Made by a program: the position numbers and the translations under genes
Shown: positions 9,278 through 19,540 of the stretch, piece after piece
Layout of the letters: each line of letters starts with the position of its first letter
Numbering within the stretch: position 1 is the stretch's first letter
The notes under the pieces: generated by a model
Database searches by the model: none
What the model was told of the DNA's origin: nothing
Seen by the model: only the letters and a program-made list of their open reading frames with translations
DNA from: Gammaproteobacteria bacterium
Lineage (GTDB): Bacteria > Pseudomonadota > Gammaproteobacteria > Eutrophobiales > Eutrophobiaceae
Direction: 5' to 3'
Length of the DNA stretch: 64,000 bases
Assembly (NCBI GenBank): GCA_965221695.1
Contig: OZ244905.1
Span: 480,001 to 544,000, forward strand

Positions 9278-9414
9278 TGACATATGGACTGAGAGTGAAG
9301 AATGAACATAGGGTTACTCCAATGTAAACTCTCCGTGGGATGAATATATTTCCAGAATTCACGAATAGAAGTCTGGGGACACTTGCGCAGGTCCCGTTTG
9401 GCGGTGGATACCGC

Positions 9415-9870
9415 TCACCTTGGCCACCTTAATCTCACCCGTAGCCGCCTTAGTGTCCGTCTGTCCAGGTTGTCGTGGGTTAGTACACAAGAGCGGGTTC
9501 TGCCGCTTGGCTCCCTAAAGCACATGACGATAATCTGCGGGTGGACCAGTGCGCCCGGCAGTAATGTCAAATCCAGCGCGTCCTGCTCTTCCCGCAGAAG
9601 CTGCCAGCGATCGTTCTGATCCAGTTTGAAACAGATAGCCTCCGGCGAGAAAAACCGTTTCAGGTAAACACCGTAATGAACCAGTAAGCAAGCCCCGATC
9701 AACCCCGTTGTTGCGACGCCGAGATCAGCCAGGAGCAGGCAGAGCAGCGCGCCAACGTGAGTCAGGGTATTGAACAGCGCCACTCGCTTTGATTGCCGGT
9801 AATATATGAAAATCGGTAACTCCAGCGGCGATTGCCTGCTGGTCGCATCCGGCATTCCTTTTTCTTCCAT
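9415..9870 (-). CDS. ygfX: YgfX (CptA)-family inner membrane protein
   Basis: Two N-terminal TM segments and a C-terminal D.LD....RRLRVRLRW motif. Located at the sdhE/ygfZ locus. Confidence 0.7.
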   Translation of the reverse strand: MEEKGMPDATSRQSPLELPIFIYYRQSKRVALFNTLTHVGALLCLLLADLGVATTGLIGACLLVHYGVYLKRFFSPEAICFKLDQNDRWQLLREEQDALDLTLLPGALVHPQIIVMCFREPSGRTRSCVLTHDNLDRRTLRRLRVRLRWPR

Positions 9871-9897
9871 ACTTGCTTGTGTGTTGTCGTATGATCT

Positions 9898-10053
9898 TTA
9901 GGAACCTCTGAGATTAAGTCAGAGGTTCCTACGATACAAGGATGTATCGTCAATATCAATGACTGTAAGGCATTGATATTGCGAGGATAAAAATCGCATT
10001 TTTGTTTTCCGTACTCTGACAAGTCCTGGATGGACTTGTCAGAGTTTCCTTTA
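9898..10053 (+). mobile_element. Full-length multi-hairpin MITE (~155 bp)
   Basis: Ends TTAGGAACCTCTGA...TCAGAGTTTCCTTTA. Near reverse complement of 44541-44703 and similar to 40356-40515. Confidence 0.85.
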
Positions 10054-10178
10054 TTTTAAGGCAACCTGCCTTCCCGTTAGCTGACAAGTTCAAAGCCAGC
10101 CATATATTCCTTCCCCGACTATAACAGGATTGTGGAGATTTTGATAAACTACAGGAGGATCTGAATGAATTGAACTCC

Positions 10179-10340
10179 ATGACCAATAAAGACACTGCAA
10201 AAAAGCCAAGCCGTGCCCGGCGCGCTGTCCCGGTTCAGGACAGTAAGAAAAAAGAAAGCCGGGAGGAAGGCGGCCCCCAAGGACTCGAACCCACCCGTTA
10301 CGGAGACTGGGAAAGAAAAGGCCGTTGTATCGATTTCTGA
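10179..10340 (+). CDS. DUF1674 / succinate dehydrogenase assembly factor 4 (SDHAF4/Sdh8-like), 53 aa
   Basis: Absent from the ORF track. Manual translation MTNKDTAKK...REEGGPQGLEPTRYGDWERKGRCIDF* carries the family's C-terminal signature. AGGAGG at 10153. Confidence 0.92.
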   Translation: MTNKDTAKKPSRARRAVPVQDSKKKESREEGGPQGLEPTRYGDWERKGRCIDF

Positions 10341-11302
10341 ACATCCCGCCCGCGCCGTCTGCGTTATTTTGCGCGCTATGGTTGCTGCTGGCGTCTCTCC
10401 CTTGCGCCGCCGAAGACCGGACTCTTACGCTGGTAACCTGGAATATTGAACATCTGGCCGCGGCTGACGACCAGGGTTGCCGGCCGCGCAAGACAGACAG
10501 CTACAATGCCATCCGCAGCTATATCAAACAGGCCGGCGCCGACGTGATTGCCTTTCAGGAAGTGCAAAACCTGCGCGCGGCCCAGAGAGTATTTCCCGCA
10601 TCGGACTATGATATCCATATCTCGGAACGCCCCACCGTAGAATTCCCAGAATGCTACGATATAGCCCGGAAGCGGCTGATGCAGCGAACAGGATTTGCGG
10701 TGCGCAAGGATATCAGCGACCGGTTAGGACTTACAACAGTGCGGCAGCCCGATATGCGGGAACTCCGGGGCAGCCTTGACTCCGGCCGCTGGGGCGTGCA
10801 TATCGTGCTGGCGCCGGTTACAGCCGCTGACGGCGCCCCTGAACCGCTGCACCTGCTCTCTGTTCACCTTAAATCAGGCTGCACTTACAAATCCTTGAGC
10901 GGAACCAAGCCAGGGTCGCCATGTCCGCTGCTGCGTGAACAGGTTGAAGTATTGTCCGGCTGGATCAATACCCGCGCCCGCCTGAAACAGGATTTCATCG
11001 TCGCCGGTGATTTCAACCGCCAGCTTGACCAGTTGAGCGACCAGGTGTGGTTGTACCTGGAAGCCGGCGGCCAGACCGGCTCATATGTCGACCTGGAAAA
11101 GGTATTGCACGGCATCAAACACCCGCGGCCGTTCAACCCGAGATACCCGTTTGCGATCGATCACATTATCTACAACCAGGCTCTGGATGGGCTGCTGCTT
11201 GAGCACGAGGCGTTTTTTGATGTCCGTGCAGATGACTATTCGGACCACTTGCCGCTGTTTGCCGTGTTTGATCTTACCCGCGTGGGCGGAACCGAGAATT
11301 GA
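10325..11302 (+). CDS. Exported endonuclease/exonuclease/phosphatase (EEP) family protein
   Basis: Signal-peptide-like N-terminus. TWNIE, AFQEV, SVHLKSGC, AGDFN, IDHI and SDHLP motifs. Confidence 0.88.
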   Translation: MYRFLNIPPAPSALFCALWLLLASLPCAAEDRTLTLVTWNIEHLAAADDQGCRPRKTDSYNAIRSYIKQAGADVIAFQEVQNLRAAQRVFPASDYDIHISERPTVEFPECYDIARKRLMQRTGFAVRKDISDRLGLTTVRQPDMRELRGSLDSGRWGVHIVLAPVTAADGAPEPLHLLSVHLKSGCTYKSLSGTKPGSPCPLLREQVEVLSGWINTRARLKQDFIVAGDFNRQLDQLSDQVWLYLEAGGQTGSYVDLEKVLHGIKHPRPFNPRYPFAIDHIIYNQALDGLLLEHEAFFDVRADDYSDHLPLFAVFDLTRVGGTEN

Positions 11303-11353
11303 TGCGTAAGAAAAATATCGTTTCGGTATAATACGTCTTTTTTTGAGTATCCG

Positions 11354-11734
11354 ATGACTGGCCCGCAGACACCACTATCGCCCTTTTTGCAGTACCGACC
11401 ACAACTGACGTCGGTGCTGTCGATTACGCACCGCATCACCGGCGTATTGCTCAGCGCCGGCGCGATACTGCTGAGCGCCTGGCTGGTAGCGATCGCTATG
11501 GGCGCCGGAGCATACGCAGCGGTGAGCGGACATCTCAGCGCCTGGTACGGGCAGGCTATCGTCTTCGGCTTCGTTTTTTCGCTGTATTACCACCTGTGCA
11601 ACGGCATCCGCCACCTGTTCTGGGACCTGGGGCTGGGGCTGGAACTCACCAGCGCCTATCGAAGCGGTTACGCAGTGGTCGCGGCAACACTGGCGCTCAC
11701 GCTGCTTACCTTCTGGGCCGGATACGCACGATGA
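11354..11734 (+). CDS. sdhC: Succinate dehydrogenase cytochrome b556 subunit
   Basis: PLSP...YRPQLTS.LSITHRITG and YHLCNGIRHL.WD motifs. Confidence 0.95.
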   Translation: MTGPQTPLSPFLQYRPQLTSVLSITHRITGVLLSAGAILLSAWLVAIAMGAGAYAAVSGHLSAWYGQAIVFGFVFSLYYHLCNGIRHLFWDLGLGLELTSAYRSGYAVVAATLALTLLTFWAGYAR

Positions 11735-12102
11735 TCAAGGGACTGCTGTTCGGCAAAAGCAGCGGCGGCGCGCACAGCGTCCAACGCTGGTGGTACCAGC
11801 GACTGTCCGCCGTTGCCCTGCTTCCTCTCAGCCTGTGGTTCATCTATGACGTTGTGATGCTGGATTCGCTGGACTACACCGTAGTGCGCGCCTGGTTGGC
11901 CTCCCCGACTACCGCCATCCTGTTCATCCTGCTGGCGCCAACCCTGTTCTACCATGCTGTTATCGGTATGGAGGAGATCATCGAGGACTACGTCGCAGAC
12001 GCGCGGCGCAAGACCTTGGTGGTCACACTGGCAAGAGCAGTCGCCGCCCTGTGTGCGCTGGCCTCGATACTGGCCGTGCTAGCGGTTACCCTGGGGATGT
12101 GA
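11731..12102 (+). CDS. sdhD: Succinate dehydrogenase membrane anchor
   Basis: WWYQRLSA and H...GM..IIEDYV motifs. ATGA overlap with the sdhC stop. Confidence 0.92.
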   Translation: MIKGLLFGKSSGGAHSVQRWWYQRLSAVALLPLSLWFIYDVVMLDSLDYTVVRAWLASPTTAILFILLAPTLFYHAVIGMEEIIEDYVADARRKTLVVTLARAVAALCALASILAVLAVTLGM

Positions 12103-12105
12103 TCG

Positions 12106-13899
12106 ATGGCCCCTGCCTACGAACTCATCCAGCATGAATACGATGTGGTTGTTGTCGGCGCCGGCGGCGCCGGCCTGCGCGCCACCTTCGGCATGGCCGA
12201 AAAAGGACTCAAGACCGCCTGCATCACCAAGGTATTCCCCACCCGCAGCCACACTGTGGCAGCCCAGGGCGGCATGAGCGCGGCGCTCGGCAACATGGGC
12301 GAAGACGACTGGCGCTGGCACATGTACGACACCGTTAAGGGGTCGGACTGGCTTGGAGACCAGGATGCTATTGAATACATGTGCAAGGAGGCCGCCACCG
12401 CGGTGATAGAACTGGAGCATTACGGCGTGCCGTTTTCACGCACCACGGATGGGAAGATCTACCAGCGCCCGTTTGGCGGTATGACCACCAACTTCGGCGA
12501 TGGCATTGCACAGCGCACTTGCGCCGCCGCTGACCGCACCGGCCATGCCATCCTGCATGCCCTGTACCAGCAGTCGCTGAAGCATAACGCCGAGTTTTTC
12601 ATCGAATATTTTGCCATCGACCTGGTGATGGACGAGGAAGGCGTATGCCGAGGCGTGCTCGCCTGGGACCTGGAGCAAGGCGCCCTGCACTGCTTTCGCG
12701 CCCACACTGTGGTGCTGGCTACCGGCGGTTATGGTCGCGCATACTTCTCCTGTACTTCCGCACATACTTGTACCGGGGACGGGAATGCGATGATCCTGCG
12801 CGCAGGGCTGCCGTTGCAAGACATGGAGTTCATCCAGTTCCACCCCACCGGCATTTACGGAGCCGGCGTGTTGATCACCGAAGGAGTACGCGGTGAAGGC
12901 GGTTACCTGACCAATTCCGAGGGCGAGAGATTCATGGAACGTTACGCGCCGAATGCGAAAGACCTGGCATCGCGGGACGTGGTGAGTCGCTCCATGACCA
13001 TAGAGATCAGAGAAGGCCGTGGTATCGGCCCGGAACGGGATCACCTGCACTTGCACCTGGAACACCTGGGAACGGATGTGATCAACGAACGCCTGCCGGG
13101 CATTGCCGAGTCGGCCCGCATTTTCGCCGGCGTGGATGTGGGCAGGGCGCCCATCCCCGTGCTCCCGACGGTACATTACAACATGGGTGGTGTCCCGACA
13201 AATTACCACGGGCAGATGGTTACGCTGCGTGATGGCGACCCGGAAACTATCGTTCCCGGTCTCATGGCCATCGGCGAAGCGGCCTGCGTATCGGTTCACG
13301 GCGCCAACCGGCTGGGATCGAACAGCCTGCTGGACCTCATCGTATTCGGCCGCGCCGCGGCCCTGTGCGCCGCCAGGGACATCAAACCGGGCGCCCCGCA
13401 CAAAGCGCTGGGCGCGGCGGCCACCGAACCTGCGCTGGCGCGCTTCGACCGCCTGCGTCACGCAACAGGCGACCTGCGTACCGCTGAGATCCGCAACAGC
13501 ATGCAGCGCACGATGCAGACCAATGCGGCCGTCTTCCGCAGCGGAAAAGTGCTGGCTGAAGGCGTCACGAAAATGGATGCCATCTACCGCTCGTTTGATC
13601 AGGTAAGCGCCACAGATCGGTCACTGGTATGGAATACCGACCTGGTTGAGACCCTGGAACTGGAGAACCTGTTGCAGTGCGCGCAGGCCAGCATCCGCTC
13701 TGCGGCAAACCGCACCGAGAGCCGCGGCGCCCACGCCCGTGAGGATTACCCGGAACGGGATGACGAGAACTGGATGAAGCATACCTTGTGCTGGCTGGAC
13801 CCCGCCACCGGCGAGGTAAGCTTCGACTACCGGCCGGTACACCTTCATACGCTGACGGACGAGGTGGAGGCGATCCCCCCGAAAAAACGGGTATATTGA
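12106..13899 (+). CDS. sdhA: Succinate dehydrogenase flavoprotein
   Basis: [25 protein letters not shown] and [11 protein letters not shown] motifs. Confidence 0.98.
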   Translation: MAPAYELIQHEYDVVVVGAGGAGLRATFGMAEKGLKTACITKVFPTRSHTVAAQGGMSAALGNMGEDDWRWHMYDTVKGSDWLGDQDAIEYMCKEAATAVIELEHYGVPFSRTTDGKIYQRPFGGMTTNFGDGIAQRTCAAADRTGHAILHALYQQSLKHNAEFFIEYFAIDLVMDEEGVCRGVLAWDLEQGALHCFRAHTVVLATGGYGRAYFSCTSAHTCTGDGNAMILRAGLPLQDMEFIQFHPTGIYGAGVLITEGVRGEGGYLTNSEGERFMERYAPNAKDLASRDVVSRSMTIEIREGRGIGPERDHLHLHLEHLGTDVINERLPGIAESARIFAGVDVGRAPIPVLPTVHYNMGGVPTNYHGQMVTLRDGDPETIVPGLMAIGEAACVSVHGANRLGSNSLLDLIVFGRAAALCAARDIKPGAPHKALGAAATEPALARFDRLRHATGDLRTAEIRNSMQRTMQTNAAVFRSGKVLAEGVTKMDAIYRSFDQVSATDRSLVWNTDLVETLELENLLQCAQASIRSAANRTESRGAHAREDYPERDDENWMKHTLCWLDPATGEVSFDYRPVHLHTLTDEVEAIPPKKRVY

Positions 13900-13900
13900 T

Positions 13901-13937
13901 GTTGGGAACCTCTGAGATTAAGTCAGAGCTTGCCTTA
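13901..13937. mobile_element. Mini-MITE between sdhA and sdhB
   Basis: GGAACCTCTGAGATTAAGTCAGAGCTTGCCTTA. Confidence 0.7.
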
Positions 13938-13947
13938 TACTATAATC

Positions 13948-14003
13948 CCACTGAGGGCACAGACCACTCTGCGCACTCTGTGGCCTCTGTGGCCTCTGTG
14001 GCC
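13948..14003. repeat. Short tandem CTCTGTGGC repeats with an upstream complementary CCAC(T/A)GAG arm
   Basis: CTCTGTGGC x3 at ~13976-14002 preceded by CCACTGAGGGCACAGA. Confidence 0.6.
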
Positions 14004-14021
14004 AAAATCAAGAGATAAACC

Positions 14022-14807
14022 ATGGCACAGCTTACACTACCAAAAAACTCGAAAGTGAAGCCGGGAAATTCGTTTCCGTTAAACGGCAGAACAGCGCGAA
14101 AAAAGACCTTGCAGGTCTATCGCTGGGACCCGGACGCCGGTGGAAATCCCAGGATGGACAGCTACGAGATCGACCTGGACAAGTGCGGCCCGATGGTCCT
14201 GGACGCGCTGATCCACATCAAGAACGATATCGATTCGACCCTCACCTTCCGGCGTTCCTGCCGTGAGGGTATCTGTGGTTCCTGCTCAATGAACATCGAC
14301 GGCGCCAATACACTGGCCTGCACGAAAGCCATCGGCGACATCAAAAAGGACATCAAGATCTACCCGCTGCCCCATACACCGGTCGTCAAGGACCTCGTCC
14401 CCGATCTGAACCAATTTTACGCCCAGTACGCGAGTATCAAGCCCTGGATGCGGACCGATACGCCTGCCCCGGAACAGGGTGAGCGCCTGCAAACCAAGCA
14501 GGATCGGGAAAAACTGGACGGCCTGTACGAGTGCATCCTGTGCGCTTGCTGCTCCACTTCCTGCCCCAGTTACTGGTGGAACAGCGACCGTTACCTGGGA
14601 CCGGCCACCTTGTTGCAGGCCTATCGCTGGATTATCGACAGCCGGGACGGGAACACCGATGAGCGGCTGGCGCAACTGCAAGACCCGTTCAGCATGTACC
14701 GCTGCCACACGATCATGAATTGCACCAACACCTGCCCGAAAGGGCTGAACCCCGCCAAAGCCATCGCCGAAATCAAGAAGCTGCTGGCGACAAAAATGCT
14801 GAAATGA
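14022..14807 (+). CDS. sdhB: Succinate dehydrogenase iron-sulfur subunit
   Basis: [28 protein letters not shown] and [17 protein letters not shown] motifs. Confidence 0.98.
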   Translation: MAQLTLPKNSKVKPGNSFPLNGRTARKKTLQVYRWDPDAGGNPRMDSYEIDLDKCGPMVLDALIHIKNDIDSTLTFRRSCREGICGSCSMNIDGANTLACTKAIGDIKKDIKIYPLPHTPVVKDLVPDLNQFYAQYASIKPWMRTDTPAPEQGERLQTKQDREKLDGLYECILCACCSTSCPSYWWNSDRYLGPATLLQAYRWIIDSRDGNTDERLAQLQDPFSMYRCHTIMNCTNTCPKGLNPAKAIAEIKKLLATKMLK

Positions 14808-15133
14808 CCCTGGCGTCCTCCAGCATCGCTCAGCTACGCTGGCGCTGCCGCCGCGGTACCCGTGAGATGGACCTGTTGCTGCTGCGTTTCCTGGAACAGG
14901 ATTACCCTCACCTTGACGCCAGGGAACAGTCCCTGTTCGGCGCGCTGCTGGATGAAACCGACCCCGACCTGTACGCCTGGATCACCGGGCAATCCGAACC
15001 GGCCAAACCCGACTACCTGCCCATTATCGCTAAAATCAATGACTGTTCACGCAGCGCCACTTCAAGCGTCATAGTGGATGGGAAGCGTTCACTATCCAGT
15101 GAAAGAAACGTCATGAAAAGTCATGACCACTGA
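14804..15133 (+). CDS. sdhE: FAD assembly factor SdhE
   Basis: [16 protein letters not shown]...LL...DPDLYAW. ATG at 14804 overlaps the sdhB stop. C-terminus appears extended. Confidence 0.9.
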   Translation: MTLASSSIAQLRWRCRRGTREMDLLLLRFLEQDYPHLDAREQSLFGALLDETDPDLYAWITGQSEPAKPDYLPIIAKINDCSRSATSSVIVDGKRSLSSERNVMKSHDH

Positions 15134-15866
15134 CTTAGCCGTTTTTCTCTCGCCAATCAGCATACAAGGCGCGGACGCGGCCGAATTCCTGCACGGGCAA
15201 TTCACCACCGATGTCACCAGTCTTGCCTCCGGTAGCGCCAGCCTCAGCGCCTGGTGCGATCCCAAAGGCCGAGTGATCGCCACGTTTATCCTGGCGCAGC
15301 AGAATAAGAATTTCCTGCTGCTGGTACCGGGCGATATCACAGAGATATTCATCAAACGTCTGAAAATGTTCGTGTTGCGCGCCGATGTGGTTATTGATGA
15401 GCCAGCACAGGAAGATATTGCGCAATGGCTACCTCTGCCCGGGATAGAAGGCGATGATCCGGAGGCAGCGCTGATCAGCCAGGGCATACCCCTGCTCCAC
15501 CCCGACACCAGTGGCCGCTTCCTGCCCCAGGAACTGAACCTGGACAAGCTGGACGCGATATCATTCACCAAGGGCTGTTACCCCGGCCAGGAGATCATCG
15601 CCAGGATGCGCTACCGCGGCGCAGTCAAACGGCGCCTGTGCCATGCAATAACGGACAACAGCGCCCTTCTGGCGCCCGGCGCTGGACTACTACCGGAGGG
15701 GGAAGAACGAAATATCGGCACAGTGATAAACTCTGTATTCACCGACAAAGGACAGGAATTGCTGATCGTCCTGGAACTGCCGTTTATCGAGGCCGGACAG
15801 GTGGTCGCGGAAGGCTGTCCGAACAGGGCTGTCGGGTTCATAAAAGAAATTATCGGGATAGAGTAA
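15123..15866 (+). CDS. ygfZ: Folate-binding Fe-S repair/tRNA-modification protein YgfZ
   Basis: G.DA..FLHGQFT.DV and the KGCYPGQE signature. Confidence 0.93.
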   Translation: MTTDLAVFLSPISIQGADAAEFLHGQFTTDVTSLASGSASLSAWCDPKGRVIATFILAQQNKNFLLLVPGDITEIFIKRLKMFVLRADVVIDEPAQEDIAQWLPLPGIEGDDPEAALISQGIPLLHPDTSGRFLPQELNLDKLDAISFTKGCYPGQEIIARMRYRGAVKRRLCHAITDNSALLAPGAGLLPEGEERNIGTVINSVFTDKGQELLIVLELPFIEAGQVVAEGCPNRAVGFIKEIIGIE

Positions 15867-15986
15867 GCTGCTTCAAAATAGCCGAAGTAATATCAACACA
15901 GGGGCAAATCCGCTTATTAATTTATTGCGATAATCTTAATCTCCCGGATGACACCCGATACCTTCACTGATAATATCGGCGACATC

Positions 15987-17330
15987 ATGTCATAACCGGC
16001 TACCAGTTGTTTCCACAGCTATATTTCTACGCTGATCCTGCGCAATGAAGTACATATCGTCGAGCGGGAGGTCGATCCCATGTTTGAACTGGCAGCCGTA
16101 GTCAGCGCTTCCCAGAAAACCAGTGACAAACCTGTTCTGTTTCGGAATGTGAAGGACACATTGTTTCCGGTCATTGCCAATGTCTATGGCAGCTTCCCAC
16201 GTATGGCGGAGATGGTGAGGGCCGGCGATAAGGGTTTGCACCCGCGGTGGAAGGAAATCTTTGAAACTCTACCGCTCCACTCGATTGACTATGTCAACGA
16301 AATCGCTGCCCCTGATGAGCTTCAGGACGGCGCTCTTGAGGAATTGCCCCATATCACCTGGCGAGAAAAGGACGCGGGCCCGTATATCACCGCCGGTGTT
16401 TTCCTGGCCAACGATCCTGAAACCGGTATACCCAACCTGTCCTTTGCCCGTTGCATGATGCTGGGTGATAACAGCAGGATGCATTGCTGTATTGATGCCC
16501 CTCATGATCTCGCGAAATACCAGGCGAAGGCGGAGGCGAAAAATGAAGAGCTGGAAGTGTTGATACTCATCGGCGCGCCGCCACCGATCTTTCTGGCCGC
16601 CGTGGCCTCCCTGCCTATAGAACAGGATGAATTGCAGCTCGCTGCGCACATCGCTGGCGGATCACTTGATATGTATTGTTGTAAGAACCTGGATCTGCTG
16701 GTACCTGCCGGTACAGAGATAGTGATTGAGGCTACCATCCGGCCGAATGAACGCTCCGAGGATGGCCCCTTTGGCGAGTTTCTGGGTTACTACTGTGATC
16801 TCAATACCGGCGCCTACGTACTCGATATAAAAAATGTGCGTTGGCGTAAAAATGCCTATTACCACGGCCTCCTCTGTGGCGCCCGTGAAGACCTCACTGC
16901 CCTGGCCGTATCCTGGGCGAACCGAATTTATCGACAACTGGTGGATGATTTTCCTTCCGTGCTAGATGTGACCATCAACCCTACGCTCTACGCCAGTATT
17001 GTGAAAATAGACAAGCGCTCAAATGAAGAACCATTGGCGATCATCAATACGGTATTCAGGCTCAATCCCCTGTATAACCGCATGTGCATCGTCGTTGACA
17101 AAGACATTGATATACATGACCTCGATTCTGTGTGGTGGTCCTTTCTAACCCGGGGCAATCTGGATACGCGTACCCATGTTTTATCCGATCTTCCCGGTGT
17201 TGAATACGCTAATTATGAATTTAGCGGCTATCTCGGTATCGATGCCACCAAGGCTCCCGGCAAGACGTTGAATCGTTCAATCACGCCTGACGAAGAACTC
17301 ATTGATCTCGACAACTATTTTTGTAATTGA
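15987..17330 (+). CDS. UbiD-family (de)carboxylase; in-frame TAA at codon 3, so the open frame starts at 16080
   Basis: DAGPYIT, GTEIVIE, DGPFGEFLGYY, VVDKDIDI and GIDAT motifs. The upstream frame reads M-S-stop-PATSCFHSYISTLILRNEVHIVEREVDP. Confidence 0.8.
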
Positions 17331-17473
17331 GTTCAAAAGCCCGGACGTCTTCTGGTGGACAGGCAGAAATAAAGAGTTTGCCTGTGTTTCGTAAGCAAGG
17401 CGATGAATGGCATTCTGATGCGGACAGGAAAGCATTGTCAACTCATAGGACTTTTTTGTGAGGTGACTCTTTT

Positions 17474-19531
17474 ATGCAAACAACAGACATAAAAAGAAAT
17501 CGAATAGCCATTGATGTAGGTGGGACCTTTGTGGATTTCGTCCTACTGGACGAGGCTAGTGGCGAAATTACACTGGAGAAACAGCCTTCAACTCCCGAAC
17601 GCATTGTGGAAGAGGTGGGAACTGGACTTTCACGTCTGCCAGTTAACTTAGCGGATGTGAACAGCATATTCCATGGGACTACCGTGGCCCTTAATACCAT
17701 AGTTCAGGAAAAAGGTGTGTCAGTTGGCCTGATGACGACAGTCGGTTTCCGTGACGTGCTCGAGATAGGACGTGGTTCAAGACCGGAAATATACAACCCC
17801 AGATATACTGCCCCCCGATGTCTAGTACCCCGTTACCTGCGTTGTGAGATTCCCGGCCGTCTCAACGCGAACGGTGAGGAAATCCAGACGCTGGATCTTG
17901 AGGAGGTGGATAGAGTAAGTGATAGACTCATCGGCGAAGGCTGTGAGGCTATTGCGATCTGCTTCTTGCACAGCTACGCCAACCACGAGCATGAACGCCT
18001 TGCCGCCGAGCGTGTCAGACAAAGGCATCCATCTATCGCCGTAGCCGTGTCTCACGAGCTCATTGGAGAGTGGCGGGAATTCGAACGTAGCTCTACGACC
18101 GTTTTGAACGCTTACGTTCAACCCCAGTTCCAGAATTACATTGCCAACCTGAGCGAACGGCTACAATCAGACGGTTATGCCTCTCCACTGGCAATGATGC
18201 AGTCCAACGGTGGTGTAGTTGCCGCCGATCGCGCCGCGACACGCCCGGTCATGACACTAGAGTCGGGACCGGCTGGTGGCGTAATCGGCGCTGAAGCCCT
18301 CGCCAGGGAAATAGGGGAATTGAACCTGATTTGTTTCGATGTTGGTGGCACCACGGTGGACGTTGCCCTTATAAATGATGGTGAAATCATCGAGCGTTCA
18401 CAAAGCAAAGTGGCTGGACGTCCAATCATGGGTCCCACTATCGATATTTCTTCAGTCGGCGCTGGTGGCGGTTCCATTGCCTGGATTGATCATCGCGGCG
18501 CCTTGCGTGTTGGCCCCCAAAGCGCAGGCGCGTCTCCCGGGCCAGCTTGTTTCGGATATGGCGGGACCGATCTCACCGTAACTGACTGCCATCTTTTGTT
18601 GGGACGTCTTGATGCAAAGACCTTTCTGGGTTCACGCATGAAGCTTGACACACAAGCAGCAGAACAGGTGGCTGAGACGATAGCTGACAAACTAAGTCTA
18701 TCCGTTGAAGAAACAGCTAGTGGCGTGTTGAAAATTGCTGGCGCAAATATGACCAATGCCATTCGTTCCATTACTATAGAACGAGGACTGGACCCTAGAG
18801 ATTACTCCCTCCTCTCATACGGCGGTGGCGGTGGATTGTTTGCGGCCGCCGTCTGCGAGGAACTGGAAGTCAAATCGGTAATTGTGCCTCGCGCGCCAGC
18901 TAATTTTTCCGCATGGGGTATTGTCACATCCGATTACCGTGAAGACAGTTCTCATACGCTGGTGAGACCTTTTATCGAAGAAAGCCTGGACGAAGTAATG
19001 CGCATCTTCAGTAAGCTTGAGAAGGACAACCTTGAACGTCTTGGTAAACTCGGCTTTGCGGCTGACGCTGTACAGACAGATATCCGTGCCGATCTGCGTT
19101 ACGCTGGACAGGAATTCACGGTAACTGTGCATGTTGAGCAAGACTGGATCGTTGATCGTGGGAAACTACTGATCGGCGCCCGAGAGCGATTCGTTACATT
19201 GCATCGTCGCCTCTACGGCCATGGCGAAGCCGAAGCGCCCTTGGAAGTGGTAACCCTGAGAGTAAGGTCTATCGGTGAGGTCGCCCGCCCGAGTTGGCTG
19301 GAGTGGCATACCGGAGAAGACGCACTCGCTAACAGCAGCCGCGAGACTTACTTTGACGTGACGGGTAAGGCCAGTACCTTGCCGGTCTACAAACGCGACG
19401 ACCTGGTACGAGATCAGCAGATTACAGGTCCCGCCATTGTCGAAGAATGGACCACGACAACTGTAGTGCCACCTGACTGGGACCTATTGGTGGACAGGAT
19501 CGGTAATCTGGTACTCACCCAATCTTCCTAA
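17474..19531 (+). CDS. Hydantoinase A / oxoprolinase alpha family (ATP-dependent)
   Basis: IDVGGTFVD, HGTTV, EFERSSTT, ESGPAGG, DVGGTT, GAGGGSIA and GPQSAGASPGPAC motifs. Confidence 0.93.
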   Translation: MQTTDIKRNRIAIDVGGTFVDFVLLDEASGEITLEKQPSTPERIVEEVGTGLSRLPVNLADVNSIFHGTTVALNTIVQEKGVSVGLMTTVGFRDVLEIGRGSRPEIYNPRYTAPRCLVPRYLRCEIPGRLNANGEEIQTLDLEEVDRVSDRLIGEGCEAIAICFLHSYANHEHERLAAERVRQRHPSIAVAVSHELIGEWREFERSSTTVLNAYVQPQFQNYIANLSERLQSDGYASPLAMMQSNGGVVAADRAATRPVMTLESGPAGGVIGAEALAREIGELNLICFDVGGTTVDVALINDGEIIERSQSKVAGRPIMGPTIDISSVGAGGGSIAWIDHRGALRVGPQSAGASPGPACFGYGGTDLTVTDCHLLLGRLDAKTFLGSRMKLDTQAAEQVAETIADKLSLSVEETASGVLKIAGANMTNAIRSITIERGLDPRDYSLLSYGGGGGLFAAAVCEELEVKSVIVPRAPANFSAWGIVTSDYREDSSHTLVRPFIEESLDEVMRIFSKLEKDNLERLGKLGFAADAVQTDIRADLRYAGQEFTVTVHVEQDWIVDRGKLLIGARERFVTLHRRLYGHGEAEAPLEVVTLRVRSIGEVARPSWLEWHTGEDALANSSRETYFDVTGKASTLPVYKRDDLVRDQQITGPAIVEEWTTTTVVPPDWDLLVDRIGNLVLTQSS

Positions 19532-19540
19532 CAGGAGATA

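Noticed and set aside
9762-10195. Two small minus-strand ORFs (9762-10022, 9956-10195), and similarly 40438-40629
   Set aside because: They run through MITE sequence and show no coding signature.
12436-13461. Long antisense ORFs (e.g. 12436-13461, 4709-5554, 6346-7215, 23629-24444, 49583-50344, 51124-51837)
   Set aside because: All lie opposite well-supported genes in GC-rich coding DNA and lack motifs.
13948-14003. CTCTGTGGC tandem repeat as a mini-CRISPR or phase-variation tract
   Set aside because: Only three 9-bp intergenic units with no spacers, outside any coding frame.
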